DNA from: Torpedo marmorata
Taxonomy: Eukaryota
Assembly: GCA_977017645.1 (NCBI GenBank)
Contig: OZ360225.1
Location: 94,984,001-95,048,000, forward strand
DNA: 64,000 nucleotides
Reading direction: 5' to 3'
A program made the position numbers and the translations under genes. Under the pieces are notes generated by a model, which did no database searches, was not told the DNA's origin, and saw nothing but the letters and a program-made list of their open reading frames with translations. Below, in pieces: positions 62,790 through 64,000 of the stretch (position 1 is its first letter; each line of letters starts with the position of its first letter).

Positions 62790-63322
62790 GAAGGAAGAAA
62801 AAGATAAAGTAAGGAGAATGTCACTCTAAACAAAACTACTGTAACCTAATTTTATAGTGGAACACAGGTTCGCCAGTCAGATCCAGTATGTGGAGATCCT
62901 CAAATCCTTAAACCAACAGTTTTTATATATGGGCTCCATATTTTCAAAAAGAAATAATATTTATCACGCAAATTATACGTAATTTTTTCAAGTGGTATAC
63001 ATGAACGCAATTCAGCATGCCATCTTTCTAACCCTAAATCTACATCCGATTTCCATGTAATGGCAATACATTTCTTAGAAACGGCTAAAGCAATACGTAA
63101 AAATTCTGTTTGATACATATCTAATTTCATTTTAACACTGGTTCCTTTAATATCTCCAAACAAAAATATCATAGGATCCATTGGGAGTGTAATTCCTAAT
63201 ACTTCATCTAAAAAATTTTTAACTTTCAACCAAAAATCATAAACTTTTGGACAAAACCATGTAGAATGTACAAAAGAACCTTCCTAGGATTTGAAAGAAG
63301 AAGTCATTTATAAATGGAATTC
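62790..63322 (-). mobile_element. L1 3' fragment (62790-63284) plus a short inverted piece (63291-63322, + strand)
   Basis: ORF 62900..63229 (PLEKITYNLR); the + strand piece KEEVI-YKWNS comes from upstream in L1 ORF2. Confidence 0.8.
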
Positions 63323-63323
63323 T

Positions 63324-64000
63324 AGGGGGGTGTCACGTGATGACGTGAGGTGGAGACGGGTAATTACACCTCTCCCAACGGATTTAGTTAAAAATAGACG
63401 AAAAGGAAGTTAGGGTTATTAAAATAAAGTTAAAGTGTGGAGGAAAGGTTCAGGGATGTCCAGTAAAAGAATGAAGGAAGGGAAATTAAAGAAAACAGTG
63501 TTAAGGGAAAGTATAGGTCAGGAGAAAAATCGGCCTACCTTGTTGTTGGAGCCTCGTGAACAAGCTCCTCTCCCCCCGCGGAAGACACAGAAGAAGACGG
63601 CGAAGGTACGTGGAGCACCAACGCCGCCCTCCCGAGGAACTGGAGAAAATGGCGCTGGGGCCCGGAGTTGTAAAGAACTACAACTTCCGGTCGGGCCACT
63701 TTCGGAGGACACAATGCACATGCGCGGAACGACGCGCATGCGCGAAGACGTTCGAGAACTGTCAGACACAGCTGACAGTGACAGTTCAACGCTAATGCTC
63801 AGCTGTGAGGCTGAGCAGGGCATTCTAACGTCGGCAGATCCAGGGAAAAGAAGAAGAGAGGAACAAGAAGAACATGAAGGGGAAGAAGGACTACAAGAGA
63901 TGGAGAGAGAGGGGGAGGAAGAAGAAAGTGATGAAGAGGAGGCTCCAATGCTTTTAGGTGGGCAAGAGTTAGCAAAGTCAATGATAGAAGCAATGGACAG
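63324..64000 (+). mobile_element. Probable 5' end (5' UTR + start of ORF1) of another L1
   Basis: Starts GGGGGGTGTCACGTGATGACGTG; ATG at 63456 (MSSKRMKEG...); CpG-rich and then acidic segment, like the ORF1 N-terminus at 47.7-48.1 kb. Confidence 0.6.

Overview
This is eukaryotic, vertebrate-type genomic DNA made up almost entirely of transposable elements. The repeat set (CR1, Rex1/Babar, fish-type L1, Tx1, HE1/V-SINE-like and Deu-domain SINEs, Penelope fragments) suggests a cartilaginous fish; this is an inference. I could not confidently identify any host exon. Elements present: several L1 copies (two apparently with twin-priming 5' inversions), Rex1-type LINEs, CR1s, a Tx1-like LINE, a near-intact Passer/POGK-type pogo transposon (DD35D), several MITEs, a Gmr1-type Gypsy element missing its RT core, and hammerhead-bearing Penelope fragments. 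Most of 31.3-58.0 kb is one deeply nested insertion cluster. The standout is a young BEL/Pao LTR element (31887-37797; 612-bp LTRs about 98% identical; 5-bp TSD). Its SAP-Gag-protease ORF has lost RT, RNase H and the integrase core. In their place, in frame, is a coiled-coil region that closely resembles the vertebrate host protein MIPOL1 (compared from memory). This looks like a captured and retained host gene in a non-autonomous LTR retrotransposon.
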